This document shows, piece by piece, positions 8,053 to 17,227 of a stretch of 64,000 bases of DNA. The notes under the pieces were generated by a model. It was not told where the DNA came from and did not search any database. It saw only the letters and a program-made list of their open reading frames with translations. Both the position numbers and the translations under genes were made by a program. Source of the DNA: Thermoplasmata archaeon (GTDB taxonomy: Archaea; Thermoplasmatota; Thermoplasmata; Lutacidiplasmatales; UBA184); NCBI GenBank assembly GCA_022749995.1, contig JAKIWO010000001.1, positions 22,410 through 86,409 of the forward strand, read 5' to 3'. Position 1 is the first letter of the stretch, and the number at the start of each line of letters is the position of its first letter.

Positions 8053-8508
8053 GTGTCCCGGATTCACTCCGGTCGCAAGGGCCGTTCCGGCTCCCACCGA
8101 CCCTACCCGCTCACCAAGCCCGAGTGGGTCACCGCCGAGCCCGAAGAGACCCGGGAGCAGGCGGTTCGGCTGGCCAAGTCAGGACTTTCCCCGGCCCAAG
8201 TCGGGGCCACACTGCGCGACAGTTTCGGCGTTCCTTCGATCCGAACCGTCACCGGCAAGCGGATGCAGCCGCTGCTGCACGAGGCGGGAATTCGCGCGGA
8301 CTTGCCGGAGGACCTCCAAGCGCTGCTCAAGCGGGTCGTCCACCTGCAGCGGCACCTGACCACCCACCCCCACGACAACTCCAACCGGCGGGGACTCAAT
8401 CTGATGGAGTCCCGCATCCGCCGACTGGCCCGATACTACCGGCGACGCCGGACACTCCCCGAAGACTGGAGATACACCTCGGCGCGCGCGGTGCTCCAGG
8501 TGGAGTGA
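8053..8508 (+). CDS. rps15: 30S ribosomal protein S15 (uS15; archaeal S15P/S13e)
   Basis: The N-terminal MSRIHSGRKGRSGSHRPY motif and overall archaeal S15P similarity across ~150 aa. Confidence 0.9.
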   Translation: MSRIHSGRKGRSGSHRPYPLTKPEWVTAEPEETREQAVRLAKSGLSPAQVGATLRDSFGVPSIRTVTGKRMQPLLHEAGIRADLPEDLQALLKRVVHLQRHLTTHPHDNSNRRGLNLMESRIRRLARYYRRRRTLPEDWRYTSARAVLQVE

Positions 8509-9893
8509 TGGCCTCGGGGCCAGAACGGTTCCTCTCCGACCCCCGCTACGGCGACGAGTTCACCCGCGCCCGCGAGCTCCTGCTCGCCCACCCCGGCCGC
8601 TGGCGGGTCATCTACCACTACGATGGGGACGGGATCGCCAGCGCCACGAGCGCGGTGCGCGCGCTCCGTCGGCTCGGCTACGGACTGCAGGCCACTCCGC
8701 TCGTCGGCGTCGACCGCTCCCGGATGCTGGAGCTGCTCCACGCCACCCGGGGCCCGGTCTGGGTCGTGGACACCGGTGCGACCTGGCTCGACAGCTTCGC
8801 CGAGCACCCCTACCCCGTGCTCGTCCTCGACCACCACAGCTACGTGCCGCCGGAGCGCGCCGCCCCGGACCACGTGGCCTTCGTCAATCCGCTCGACTGG
8901 GGGGTCGACGGGATGAGCGAACTCTGCGCCGCGACGCTCACCTGGCTGTACACGATCTTCCTCGACCCGAAGAACTGGGACAACGCCCCCTGGGGGCTCT
9001 CAGGGGCCATCGCCGACCGCCAGCATGTGGGCGGTTTCCGGGGGCTCAACCTCCGACTGCTCCAAGAGGCGGAGGATCGCCAGTTGGTCAAGCGCCGGGT
9101 CGGAGTCGGCCTTTCCGGCGCGTCGGTCGCCGATGCGATCCAGCGGAGTATCGATCCGTACTTCCGGGGACTTTCGGGAAAGCGCGAGGCCGTGCTCGAG
9201 TGGCTGCGGGGTCTTGCGATCGAGCCGGCCGCGGCGCTCGGGTCGCTCGCTCCGGCCGACCTCGAACGGCTCACGAAGTCGCTCGAGGACCGACTCGTGC
9301 GTCAGGGGGTTCGCCCGGAGTTCGTTGCCGCCTTCCGTCAGGAGCATTACGCCCTACCCTCGGTCGGTATCGACGCCGGCGAGCTTTCCGAACTGCAGAA
9401 CGCCTGCGGAAGGGCCGGCACTCCCTCGCTCGGAGTGGCCCTCGGTGTCGGGGATGCGGCCGCGCTCGCGCAGGCACGGACCGAGCGCGAACGCTGGCGG
9501 AGCGGCATCGAAGCCGGCCTCGCCCGACTCGAGGCGGGGCAGATTCAGGCGATGCCGCACCTCCAGTGGTTCGAGAGCCCCGAGACGCCGCTCGCCGGTA
9601 CGCAGGCCGGGCTCGGGATGACCTACCTGCTCGATCCCAATCGGCCGGTGGCGGTGTTCACCACGGGCGATGGGGTGCTCAAAGTCTCGGCCCGGGGCAC
9701 CCATTGGCTGGTCGGCCGGGGCCTCGACCTGGCCCGGGTCTGCCGCGAGGCCGCGGCGGGGGTCGGGGGAGAAGGTGGGGGGCACAAGGTCGCCTCGGGC
9801 GCGACGATTCCAAAGGGTAGCCGCGACAGCTTTCTCACGGAGGCAAACCGTCTCGTAGGGGAACAACTCGCCGGGGCCGTAGGGGGCGCATGA
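8508..9893 (+). CDS. DHH/DHHA1 phosphoesterase (archaeal RecJ-like / GAN-type nuclease or nanoRNase); start refined to the ATG overlapping the rps15 stop (ATGA)
   Basis: A DHH motif (VLVLDHHSY), a DHHA1 GGGH motif ([15 protein letters not shown]) and a D-x-D N-terminal motif ([11 protein letters not shown]) are present. The rps15-then-RecJ-like arrangement is a conserved archaeal neighbourhood. Confidence 0.8.
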   Translation: MASGPERFLSDPRYGDEFTRARELLLAHPGRWRVIYHYDGDGIASATSAVRALRRLGYGLQATPLVGVDRSRMLELLHATRGPVWVVDTGATWLDSFAEHPYPVLVLDHHSYVPPERAAPDHVAFVNPLDWGVDGMSELCAATLTWLYTIFLDPKNWDNAPWGLSGAIADRQHVGGFRGLNLRLLQEAEDRQLVKRRVGVGLSGASVADAIQRSIDPYFRGLSGKREAVLEWLRGLAIEPAAALGSLAPADLERLTKSLEDRLVRQGVRPEFVAAFRQEHYALPSVGIDAGELSELQNACGRAGTPSLGVALGVGDAAALAQARTERERWRSGIEAGLARLEAGQIQAMPHLQWFESPETPLAGTQAGLGMTYLLDPNRPVAVFTTGDGVLKVSARGTHWLVGRGLDLARVCREAAAGVGGEGGGHKVASGATIPKGSRDSFLTEANRLVGEQLAGAVGGA

Positions 9894-12469
9894 GCACGGA
9901 GAGCGGCACCCCGGATGTCCCGCCGGACAAGGGGGTGAAGGAGCAGCCGCTCGAGCGGGAGATCCATACCTCCTACATCGACTACGCGATGAGCGTCATC
10001 GTCGGGCGGGCGCTGCCCGACGGGCGGGACGGGCTCAAGCCGGTCCACCGGCGCATCCTCTGGGCGATGTGGGAGGGCGGTGTCACCCACGACCGTCCGT
10101 ACCGCAAGTCCGCCCGGACGGTGGGAGAGGTGCTGGGGAAGTACCACCCGCACGGCGAGATCGCCGTCTACGACGCGCTCGTGCGGATGGCGCAGGAGTT
10201 CTCGCTGCGCTACCCGCTCGTCGACGGCCAAGGGAACTTCGGCAGCATCGACGGGGACCCGCCGGCGGCGATGCGGTACACCGAGGCTCGTCTCGCGAGC
10301 GTCGCCGAGGAGATGCTCACCGACATCGAGAAGGACACCGTCGATTGGACGGACAACTTCGACGGCTCGCTCCGCCAGCCGCTCACGCTGCCGAGCAAGC
10401 TGCCCAATCTGCTGGTCAACGGCTCGGCGGGGATCGCCGTGGGCATGGCGACGAACATGCCCCCGCACAACCTGGGGGAGATCGTCGACGCGTTGCACTA
10501 CGTGCTCGCCCATCCGGCCGCCGGACTCGACGAGCTCCTCGCGCGCGTCCCCGGCCCTGATTTTCCGACCTGGGGTCTCCTGAGCGCCGAAGGGATACGG
10601 GACATCTACGCGACCGGCCGCGGCATGCTCCGTATCCGCGCCCGGGCCACGATCCGCGAGCGCGACGGCCGGGACGAGATCCAGATCACCGAGATCCCGT
10701 ACGAGGTGAACAAGTCCGATCTGCTCAGCCTCATCGCCGAGCTGGTGAAGGCCAAGCGGATCGACGGCATCACCGACCTCCGCGACGAGTCCGACCGGCA
10801 CGGGATCTCGATCGTCGTCGAACTCCGACGGGACGCTCCCGCGGAGATCGTGCTCAACCGGCTGTTCGAGCACACCCCGCTCGAGAGCACGTTCGGCGTG
10901 ATCAACCTGTGTCTGGTCGACGGTCGTCCGAAGGTACTCAGCCTCCGGGAGCTGCTCGACCTGCACCTCGGCGAGCGACGCGAGGTGCTCACGCGGCGCA
11001 CCCGCTTTGACTTGGCCCGCGCCGAGGAGCGTAAGCACCTCCTCGAGGGGTTCCTCATCGCCATCGACCACATCGACGAAGTGATCCGGATCATCCGGCG
11101 CTCCCGCGACGTCCCGACCGCGGAGACCTCGCTGATGGGGAAGTTCCTGCTCTCGACGGAGCAGGCCAAAGCGATCCTGGACATGCGGCTCGCCCGGCTG
11201 ACCGCACTCGAGCGGGAAGCGGTGGAGAAGGAGGCCCGCGAGAAGGAGGAGCTGATCGGGCGGCTCCGAATCATCCTGGGGAGCCCGACGGAACTGGACC
11301 GGCTCCTGTTCAACGAGCTCACCGATCTCAAGACCAAGTACGCCGACAAGCGCCGCACCGAGATCGTGCCCGGGTTCTCCGAGCGGACGCTCGAGGACCT
11401 GATCCCGAACTCGGAAGTGGTCGTCCTCGTCACGCACGGGGGGTATGTCAAGCGGCTCCCGCTCGAGCAGTACCGCCGCCAGCGCCGCGGCGGCAAGGGG
11501 CTCGTGCAGATGGAGACGAAGGAGGAGGATTTCGTCACCCGCACCTTCGTCACGCGAACGCACGACTTCGTGCTGTTCTTCACGACCCTCGGCCGGGTCT
11601 ACAAGCTCAAGGCCTACGAGCTGCCCGAAGGCAGCCGTCACTCCAAGGGCAAGGCGATCATCAACCTCCTACCGAAGCTCAAGGAAGGCGAGCGAGTGCA
11701 GACCCTGCTCCCGCTCCGCGAGATGGGCGGCGGCGGCAGCCTGCTGTTCGCCACCCGGCGCGGACTCGTCAAGCGGACGGAGCTCGACCAGTACCAGAAC
11801 ATCCGGACGAACGGGATCCAGGCGATCCTCCTCGAGGAGGGCGACGAGCTGGTCCACGTGGCGCTCGTCGCGGACCCGTCGGCCCAAGCGATCCTTGCCA
11901 CCGCCTCCGGCCAGCTGGTGCGCTTCGCCCTCACGGAGGTTCGGCCGACGGGCCGGGCCACCTACGGAGTCATCGGCGTGCGACTCGCCGACCCGGCCAC
12001 GGACCGCGTGGTGACGATGGCGCCGGTGAGCTCGGCGTATCCGCACCTGCTCACCCTCTCCAGCACCGGCTTTGGCAAGCGGAGTGCCTTCGACGAATAC
12101 CGCGAGACGCGACGGGGGGCCCGCGGTGTCCGCACCATCCGCACCGGAGGTCGGAACGGCTCGGTCGTGGGAGTGCTGCCGGTCCGGGAGGACCAGGAAG
12201 TGCTCGTGACCACGCAAGGCGGGATCACGATCCGGATCCCGGTCTCGGGCATCCGTGCCCAGGGTCGCAATACCCTAGGCGTCCGCATCATCCGGGTCGA
12301 GCCCACCGACGCGGTCAAGGACGCCGTCGCCCTCGACCCCCCGCCGGAGGCGGAGGATGCGCCACCGGCTCCCCCGCCCCCGCCCGGCGCGGCCGACGAG
12401 GAGGAACCGCTCGTGGAGGAGCCGACCCCCGACTCCGGGGAGGACGATGCGCCACCGGCCGCGGGGTAA
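9890..12469 (+). CDS. gyrA: DNA gyrase subunit A
   Basis: [38 protein letters not shown], the active-site region AMRYTEARL, six C-terminal beta-pinwheel repeats and an acidic tail. The start overlaps the DHH gene stop by 4 nt. Confidence 0.95.
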   Translation: MSTESGTPDVPPDKGVKEQPLEREIHTSYIDYAMSVIVGRALPDGRDGLKPVHRRILWAMWEGGVTHDRPYRKSARTVGEVLGKYHPHGEIAVYDALVRMAQEFSLRYPLVDGQGNFGSIDGDPPAAMRYTEARLASVAEEMLTDIEKDTVDWTDNFDGSLRQPLTLPSKLPNLLVNGSAGIAVGMATNMPPHNLGEIVDALHYVLAHPAAGLDELLARVPGPDFPTWGLLSAEGIRDIYATGRGMLRIRARATIRERDGRDEIQITEIPYEVNKSDLLSLIAELVKAKRIDGITDLRDESDRHGISIVVELRRDAPAEIVLNRLFEHTPLESTFGVINLCLVDGRPKVLSLRELLDLHLGERREVLTRRTRFDLARAEERKHLLEGFLIAIDHIDEVIRIIRRSRDVPTAETSLMGKFLLSTEQAKAILDMRLARLTALEREAVEKEAREKEELIGRLRIILGSPTELDRLLFNELTDLKTKYADKRRTEIVPGFSERTLEDLIPNSEVVVLVTHGGYVKRLPLEQYRRQRRGGKGLVQMETKEEDFVTRTFVTRTHDFVLFFTTLGRVYKLKAYELPEGSRHSKGKAIINLLPKLKEGERVQTLLPLREMGGGGSLLFATRRGLVKRTELDQYQNIRTNGIQAILLEEGDELVHVALVADPSAQAILATASGQLVRFALTEVRPTGRATYGVIGVRLADPATDRVVTMAPVSSAYPHLLTLSSTGFGKRSAFDEYRETRRGARGVRTIRTGGRNGSVVGVLPVREDQEVLVTTQGGITIRIPVSGIRAQGRNTLGVRIIRVEPTDAVKDAVALDPPPEAEDAPPAPPPPPGAADEEEPLVEEPTPDSGEDDAPPAAG

Positions 12470-12626
12470 GCGGATCCTCCGCTGCCCGCAGTGCCGGTCG
12501 ACCCACGTCGTCTTTGACGCCGCCCTGATCACGGGGCAGCGGTACCACTGCCTGGACTGCGACTACCTGGGCGCCTTCGTGTTGGAGGAGGAGCTCAAGG
12601 CCGCGCCACCGGAGTCGCCCCCGTGA
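12447..12626 (+). CDS. small zinc-ribbon protein (~59 aa) overlapping the gyrA 3' end and the ArsA start
   Basis: [28 protein letters not shown] is a CxxC...CxxC ribbon. I chose the internal ATG at aa 31 of the listed ORF 12357..12626, because the upstream part lies inside gyrA in another frame. GC3 is high, consistent with coding. Confidence 0.4.
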   Translation: MRHRPRGKRILRCPQCRSTHVVFDAALITGQRYHCLDCDYLGAFVLEEELKAAPPESPP

Positions 12627-13804
12627 GGGTGATCATCTACACGGGCAAGGGCGGCGTCGGGAAGACCTCGCTCGCCGCGGCGACGGCGCTCGGGGCCGCG
12701 GCGCACGGGCACCGCACGCTCGTCCTCTCGACCGACTCGGCCCATTCCCTCGGCGACTCGCTGGGTACGCCGCTCGGGCCGGACCCGCGGACCGTCGCCC
12801 CGAACGTCGACGCGCTCGAGATCGACGTACTCACCGAGCTCGAACGCAGCTGGAAGGCGGTGCACGAGTACCTGCTGCGACTCCTCGCCTCGCAGGGCGT
12901 CGAGGAGATCACGGCGCAGGAGGTGGTCATCCTCCCCGGGATGGAGCTCATCGCCGCGCTGCTGCGCCTCGATGGCATCGAACAGGAACACCGGTACGAC
13001 ACCGCGGTGCTCGACACGGCACCCACCGCCGAGACCCTGCGATTGCTGAGCTTCCCGGACGCGATCGAGTGGTACTTCGACCGTGTCCTCCGGATGCAGC
13101 GCCGGGTCACTCGCGTGGTGCGCTCCACCGTCGGGCGCGCGATGAAGACGCCGCTTCCCTCGGAGGGATTCTTCGACACGCTCGAAGAGCTCCACGAGCG
13201 GTTCCGGCGGGTGCGGGCGTTGCTCACCGACCCAGGCCGCTCGACGGTACGCCTCGTGGTGAATCCGGAGCGGATGGTCATCGCGGAAACGCAGCGCGCG
13301 TACACCTACCTGTGCCTGTTCGGTCTGACCGTCGAATTGCTCGTGGTCAACCGGATCATGCCCAAGGAGGCGACCAGCGGCTACTTCGCCCCCACGCGCA
13401 GCGAGCAGGACAGGAACCTCGGCTCGCTGGAGGAGTTGTTCGGCGCGCTCCCGCAGCTGCCCGTGCCTCGGTACCCTCGCGAGGTGATCGGCCGCGAGTC
13501 ACTGGATCAGCTCGGCAAGGACGTGTTCGGGGAGAACGACCCGGCACGGATCTGGCCGAGCAGCCCTCCCATACGGTTCCGGATGCGCGAGGGAGCCCCC
13601 TCCATCGAGCTCACGCTCCCGCTCGTCGATCCCTCGGCGGTGCAGCTGAGCCAGCGGGGCGACACGCTCTACCTCACCGTGGGCGCCTACCGACGCTCGA
13701 TCGCGTTGCCGGTCGCCTACACGCGCAGTCAAGTGGAGCGGGCCTACTTCGATAAGGGAACTTTCGTGATCCGGTTCCGTGGTGGGGATGCCGCCAAGCA
13801 CTGA
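12623..13804 (+). CDS. ArsA/Get3-family P-loop ATPase with a C-terminal HSP20-like (ArsA_HSP20) domain
   Basis: A deviant Walker A GKGGVGKTS, the switch regions typical of ArsA/TRC40, and a ~70-aa C-terminal extension (LTLPLVDPSAVQLSQRGDTLYLTVGAYRRSIALPVAYTRSQVERAYFDKGTFVIRF) resembling an alpha-crystallin/CS fold. Confidence 0.85.
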   Translation: MRVIIYTGKGGVGKTSLAAATALGAAAHGHRTLVLSTDSAHSLGDSLGTPLGPDPRTVAPNVDALEIDVLTELERSWKAVHEYLLRLLASQGVEEITAQEVVILPGMELIAALLRLDGIEQEHRYDTAVLDTAPTAETLRLLSFPDAIEWYFDRVLRMQRRVTRVVRSTVGRAMKTPLPSEGFFDTLEELHERFRRVRALLTDPGRSTVRLVVNPERMVIAETQRAYTYLCLFGLTVELLVVNRIMPKEATSGYFAPTRSEQDRNLGSLEELFGALPQLPVPRYPREVIGRESLDQLGKDVFGENDPARIWPSSPPIRFRMREGAPSIELTLPLVDPSAVQLSQRGDTLYLTVGAYRRSIALPVAYTRSQVERAYFDKGTFVIRFRGGDAAKH

Positions 13805-14255
13805 TCCGCCGGAGGAGCGCGGGGTGCCTCCCCCGCTCAAGGCGCTACTCGAGCTGCTGCGCGCCGAGTTCTCGAGCGTCGAAGTCGCGGGGGCGGTGGA
13901 ACGGCTCGGCCGCAGCGCCGGCCGCCTGCTCGAGTCCCTACCGGAGGAGCCCGAAGCGCCCGAGCGAGTGCGCGAGGCCGCCGCGGATGCGCGCAACGCG
14001 TTCCTGGATTTGCTGCGGATCAGTTCGACCGTGGCCGCTTCGGCGCTCGCCGGCTCCGGCGCTGCCGGATCGGAGCCGCTCCGGCGGATCGAGGTGAGCG
14101 CTGCGCCCGCTGCGGAGGAGGGGAGCCCCGACGCAGTGCCGCCACGAGCGCGAGGGCGCGCACCGTCGGCGCGACCTCGTGCACCCGCACCAGGTGCGCC
14201 CCCCCGAGCGCGGCGACGACCGCCGCGGCGATCCCGGCCTCGGCCCGCTCCGTAA
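13779..14255 (+). CDS. hypothetical protein; only the first ~85 aa look protein-like, and the 3' part overlaps folP on the opposite strand
   Basis: The ORF occupies the 215-nt gap between ArsA and folP. The N-terminal region (LKALLELLRAEFSSVEVAGAVERLGRSAGRLLESLPEEP) is predicted helical, whereas the distal part is Ala/Arg/Pro-rich, typical of a GC-shadow frame. Confidence 0.2.
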   Translation: MVGMPPSTDPPEERGVPPPLKALLELLRAEFSSVEVAGAVERLGRSAGRLLESLPEEPEAPERVREAAADARNAFLDLLRISSTVAASALAGSGAAGSEPLRRIEVSAAPAAEEGSPDAVPPRARGRAPSARPRAPAPGAPPRARRRPPRRSRPRPAP

Positions 14256-15393
14256 CCGGGGCGCCCCCCAGGGCGGCCCCGAGCATCGACTTTCGGGACG
14301 CCCCCACGACCACCGGGAACCCGAGCGAGCGCAGCTCGCCGATGTGCGCGAGGAGCTCGAGGCTCTGCGCGGGCGTCTTACCGAACCCGAGCCCCGGGTC
14401 GATCAGGATGGCCTCCGGCGCCACCCCGTCGGCCACCGCCGTCGACGCGGCATCGGCGAGGAAGCCGTAGACCTCGTCGCGGAGCTCGACGTAGCGGGTG
14501 TCCTGCTGCATCGTGCGCGGAGTCCCCCGCATGTGCATCGCGATCACCGGTGCGCCGGTGCGCGCGAGCAGCCGTCGCATGCCGCCTTCGCGCAATCCGC
14601 CGATGTCGTTGACGAGGTCGGCCCCCAGCGCGAGGGCCTCCTTCGCCACCTCGGAGCGCCGCGTGTCGACGGAGATGGGCACCGAGCTACGGTCGTGGAG
14701 TTTCCGCAGGACGGGGGTTAGCCGGGCGAGCTCGGCCCGGGCAGAGACCGGTGCGGCACCGGGGCGCGTCGACTCGGCCCCCACATCGATCAACGCCGCG
14801 CCTTCGGAGATCAACTCCTGCGCGCGGGTCACGGCGGCCGCCGGCTCCAAGTACCGACCGCCATCGGAGAACGAGTCCGGCGTCACGTTGACGACACCCA
14901 TCGCCCGACAGTCCGGACCGAGCGACAGGGTCCGGTGTAGACCGCGGATCGTGAAGGGAGCCCGCCGAGTGTAGCCGGCGAGGGCCGCCTTGCCCGCTCG
15001 GGCCACCTCCCGGAGATGGAACGGCTGGCGCTCGAGCTTCGGCCAGAGCCGTTCGTACTGGGCAGGGGTCGCCGTCAGGACGACGGCGGTGCTACGTACC
15101 GAGTGATCGGCAATCCCTCGCGCCTGAGCCGCGTCCCCCCCGAGGGCCAGCAACTCCTGTTTAAGGAGAGGCGACGCCTTGAGCGGAACGCCATCGAGCC
15201 GCAGCAGGCGAAGCTCCGCCTTGCGGGTCATGATGCCGACCCCCTCGGGGTCGGAATCGGTGCGCTCCAACTCGCGGGCGACGGCCGCCGAGTCTCTCGG
15301 CGCCAAGACGCGGGCCCGGAACTGCGCGACCGCGCGGAGCGATGCGGCCGCGGTCCGGAGATCGGGCACGCCGCGAGGAACCTCGGGCCGCAT
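14020..15393 (-). CDS. folP: dihydropteroate synthase with a ~170-aa N-terminal extension; start refined to Met122 of the listed ORF
   Basis: The pterin-binding core is present (GVVNVTPDSFSDGG...IDVGAESTRPG...VPISVDTRRSEVAKEALALGADLVNDIGG...IDPGLGFGKT). An N-terminal domain of the kind fused to some archaeal DHPS precedes it. The upstream 121 codons of the ORF are Arg/Ser-rich and judged non-coding. Confidence 0.85.
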   Translation of the reverse strand: MRPEVPRGVPDLRTAAASLRAVAQFRARVLAPRDSAAVARELERTDSDPEGVGIMTRKAELRLLRLDGVPLKASPLLKQELLALGGDAAQARGIADHSVRSTAVVLTATPAQYERLWPKLERQPFHLREVARAGKAALAGYTRRAPFTIRGLHRTLSLGPDCRAMGVVNVTPDSFSDGGRYLEPAAAVTRAQELISEGAALIDVGAESTRPGAAPVSARAELARLTPVLRKLHDRSSVPISVDTRRSEVAKEALALGADLVNDIGGLREGGMRRLLARTGAPVIAMHMRGTPRTMQQDTRYVELRDEVYGFLADAASTAVADGVAPEAILIDPGLGFGKTPAQSLELLAHIGELRSLGFPVVVGASRKSMLGAALGGAPVTERAEAGIAAAVVAALGGAHLVRVHEVAPTVRALALVAALRRGSPPPQRAQRSPRSAGAAPIRQRRSRRAPKRPRSN

Positions 15394-15484
15394 ATATCGG
15401 ACCAGCCGCGCAGCTCGGACGCTTCTCGTCCCACGCGCCAGGGTGCTCGGTGCCGCTTTTCCTCCGCGCGTTGTTCGGGGATTC

Positions 15485-16255
15485 GTGACGGAGCTGGAGC
15501 GAGCCAGCGCGCCCATTCTTGCGGTGGCCGGCGTCTCGGCGACCGGCAAGACCACGACGCTCGACCAGCTCCGTGGGTCGCGCCGGCGGGCCGTGCTAGC
15601 GGAGCCTTGGGCGGCGCTCCGACCTCGACCTCGACTCGACGTTCGAAATCGAGCGGAACTTCGCGGCGTGGAGCGCCGGCTCCTGCGTGAAGAGATCAAA
15701 CGATTCCGCCGAGCGGAACGGATCGCGGCCGGTGGCCGGACGGTTTGGCTGGACACCCCACCCGTTGGCCCCCTGACCTACGCCCGCGCGGTGAGCGCCC
15801 TGCTCGGGTGGGAATGGGACGCCACCCGCATCTTCGGGGCCGCCGGCCGGACCCGAGCCGCGCCACCCGCCATTCAACTCCCCCACCTTACGATCTACCT
15901 CCGGACGCCGATAGAGCGGTTGCTCGCTCGGGCCTTCGAGAGCTCCGGGGGCCGAGATCCGAGCCTCGCCGTGCGCCACTTAGTCGTGGGGCTGGTGGAG
16001 CAGGAGTTCTGGCTGACGGATTTCCGAGTCGCGTTCCCCGCGCGATTGCGGGTGATGGACGGAGAGATCGGTCCGGGAACCGTCGTAGAGTTGGCCCAGC
16101 ATTGGGAGGGCGACGCCCGCCGGGCGGGAACCGTCCTCCCCGAGGAGCGGGGGTGTCTAGAGCGGTTGCTTCGGCGACCGGCACGGCTGCCCCGACGCTT
16201 CGCGGAGCCCGGGCGAATGGTTAAGCCCGCGGCGCGGTGGAACCGTCGCCGATGA
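15485..16255 (+). CDS. P-loop nucleoside/nucleotide kinase-like protein (dNK/dCK/thymidylate-kinase fold), divergent from folP; start refined to the GTG at aa 103 of the listed ORF
   Basis: A Walker A motif (AGVSATGKTT) and a LID-like pattern (IYLRTPIERLLARAFESSGGRD) resembling the deoxynucleoside-kinase family. The upstream part of the listed ORF overlaps the folP start on the other strand. Confidence 0.6.
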   Translation: MTELERASAPILAVAGVSATGKTTTLDQLRGSRRRAVLAEPWAALRPRPRLDVRNRAELRGVERRLLREEIKRFRRAERIAAGGRTVWLDTPPVGPLTYARAVSALLGWEWDATRIFGAAGRTRAAPPAIQLPHLTIYLRTPIERLLARAFESSGGRDPSLAVRHLVVGLVEQEFWLTDFRVAFPARLRVMDGEIGPGTVVELAQHWEGDARRAGTVLPEERGCLERLLRRPARLPRRFAEPGRMVKPAARWNRRR

Positions 16256-16464
16256 AGCCGCTCGAACTTCTAGAGCAGAGCCTGCAGAAGCGGGTGCTCG
16301 TGGAGCTCAAGGGCGGACACTCCTTTCGGGGTGTCCTCGAAGCGTACGACCAGCACCTCAACCTGATCCTTTCCCACGCCGAGGAAGTGGTCGGTGAGCA
16401 GGTCACGCCGCACGCCGGGCTGACCCTGCTGCGCGGCGACAGCGTCGTCTTCATATCCCCGTAG
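16252..16464 (+). CDS. Sm-like archaeal protein (SmAP/LSm)
   Basis: LELLEQSLQKRVLVELKGGHSFRGVLEAYDQHLNLILSHAEEV...LLRGDSVVFISP carries the Sm1/Sm2 motifs. It lies immediately upstream of L37e, the conserved archaeal Sm-L37e pair. Confidence 0.8.
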   Translation: MKPLELLEQSLQKRVLVELKGGHSFRGVLEAYDQHLNLILSHAEEVVGEQVTPHAGLTLLRGDSVVFISP

Positions 16465-16481
16465 CCTTCGGCCGAAGGCCC

Positions 16482-16643
16482 ATGGGAAAGGGAACGCCGG
16501 CCCGCCGCGGGGGCAAGATTGTACACTTCCGCTGCCGCCGCTGCGGAAAGCACTCGTTTCACCGCCAGAAGCGGGTCTGTGCCTCCTGCGGCTTCGGTGA
16601 CAGCCCGCGTTGGCGCAGCTTTTCCTGGGCCAAGCTCCGTTAG
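16482..16643 (+). CDS. rpl37e: 50S ribosomal protein L37e (53 aa; below the ORF-track length cutoff)
   Basis: I translated it by hand: MGKGTPARRGGKIVHFRCRRCGKHSFHRQKRVCASCGFGDSPRWRSFSWAKLR. The MGKGT start and the C4 zinc ribbon match L37e. Confidence 0.85.
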   Translation: MGKGTPARRGGKIVHFRCRRCGKHSFHRQKRVCASCGFGDSPRWRSFSWAKLR

Positions 16644-17224
16644 GCGTCCAGCCTCCTCAGGCCCCGAAGCGGCCGAGAAACCCAGCGATTGCTGGAAACA
16701 GCAAACCGGAGCGGCCGCTCGCGGGCCGAAGTGATCCCCACCCGGCGCCCAGCATCGATGCTGGGCGGCGGGGCAGGCCCCGGAAGTAGTCGAATCTCGG
16801 ACTCCTCCAGATTCCATCCGTCCATCCCCCGCTGGATGGCCAACGCGCGGCACAGCCGTCCGGGACCGGAGGTGGAGGAGAGGCCCGGCATGAGCGGTTC
16901 GCCCGCTCGGATCAAGGCGGCCTCGCCGCTGCGCCCCACCACGTTGGCACAGAGCACCTGATGGATCGCGAATACGTAGAGCGTGCCCGGTGGACCGAAC
17001 ATCGATCGATTGCGAACGCTGGGCCCCAGGAAGGCGTGGCTCGCCGGATCCCCGCGGCCGTACGCCTCGGTCTCCACGATCCGGACCCCGCGAAATTCTC
17101 GACCGATCCGATGGACGAGCCGGGCGCCGAGGAGCTTCCGCGCGAGTTCCGGCGCCGGCAGGACCCAATCGCGTGCCGGGAATGGATGCGCGAACGCGGC
17201 CCGCAGCGACGCTGGTCGCGCCAC
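16640..17224 (-). CDS. mpg: DNA-3-methyladenine glycosylase (Mpg/AAG family)
   Basis: RIVETEAYGRGDPASHAFLGPSVRNRSMFGPPGTLYVFAIHQVLCANVV matches the MPG family core (RIVETEAY..D.A.H...G..T.RN..MF..PG..YVY). Confidence 0.8.
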   Translation of the reverse strand: MARPASLRAAFAHPFPARDWVLPAPELARKLLGARLVHRIGREFRGVRIVETEAYGRGDPASHAFLGPSVRNRSMFGPPGTLYVFAIHQVLCANVVGRSGEAALIRAGEPLMPGLSSTSGPGRLCRALAIQRGMDGWNLEESEIRLLPGPAPPPSIDAGRRVGITSARERPLRFAVSSNRWVSRPLRGLRRLDA

Positions 17225-17227
17225 CTG

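Noticed and set aside
8124-8507. The upstream part of the listed 589-aa ORF (8124-9893), which would fuse an N-terminal extension onto the DHH protein across rps15.
   Set aside because: It overlaps rps15 in a different frame with Arg/Pro/Ala-rich sequence. The DHH homology and an ATG overlapping the rps15 stop (ATGA) define the real start at 8508.
12357-12446. The first 30 codons of the listed ORF 12357-12626 (Zn-ribbon candidate).
   Set aside because: They lie entirely within the gyrA C-terminal acidic tail in another frame and are Arg/Pro-rich. Only the segment from the internal ATG (12447), carrying the CxxC...CxxC motif, is retained, and that with low confidence.
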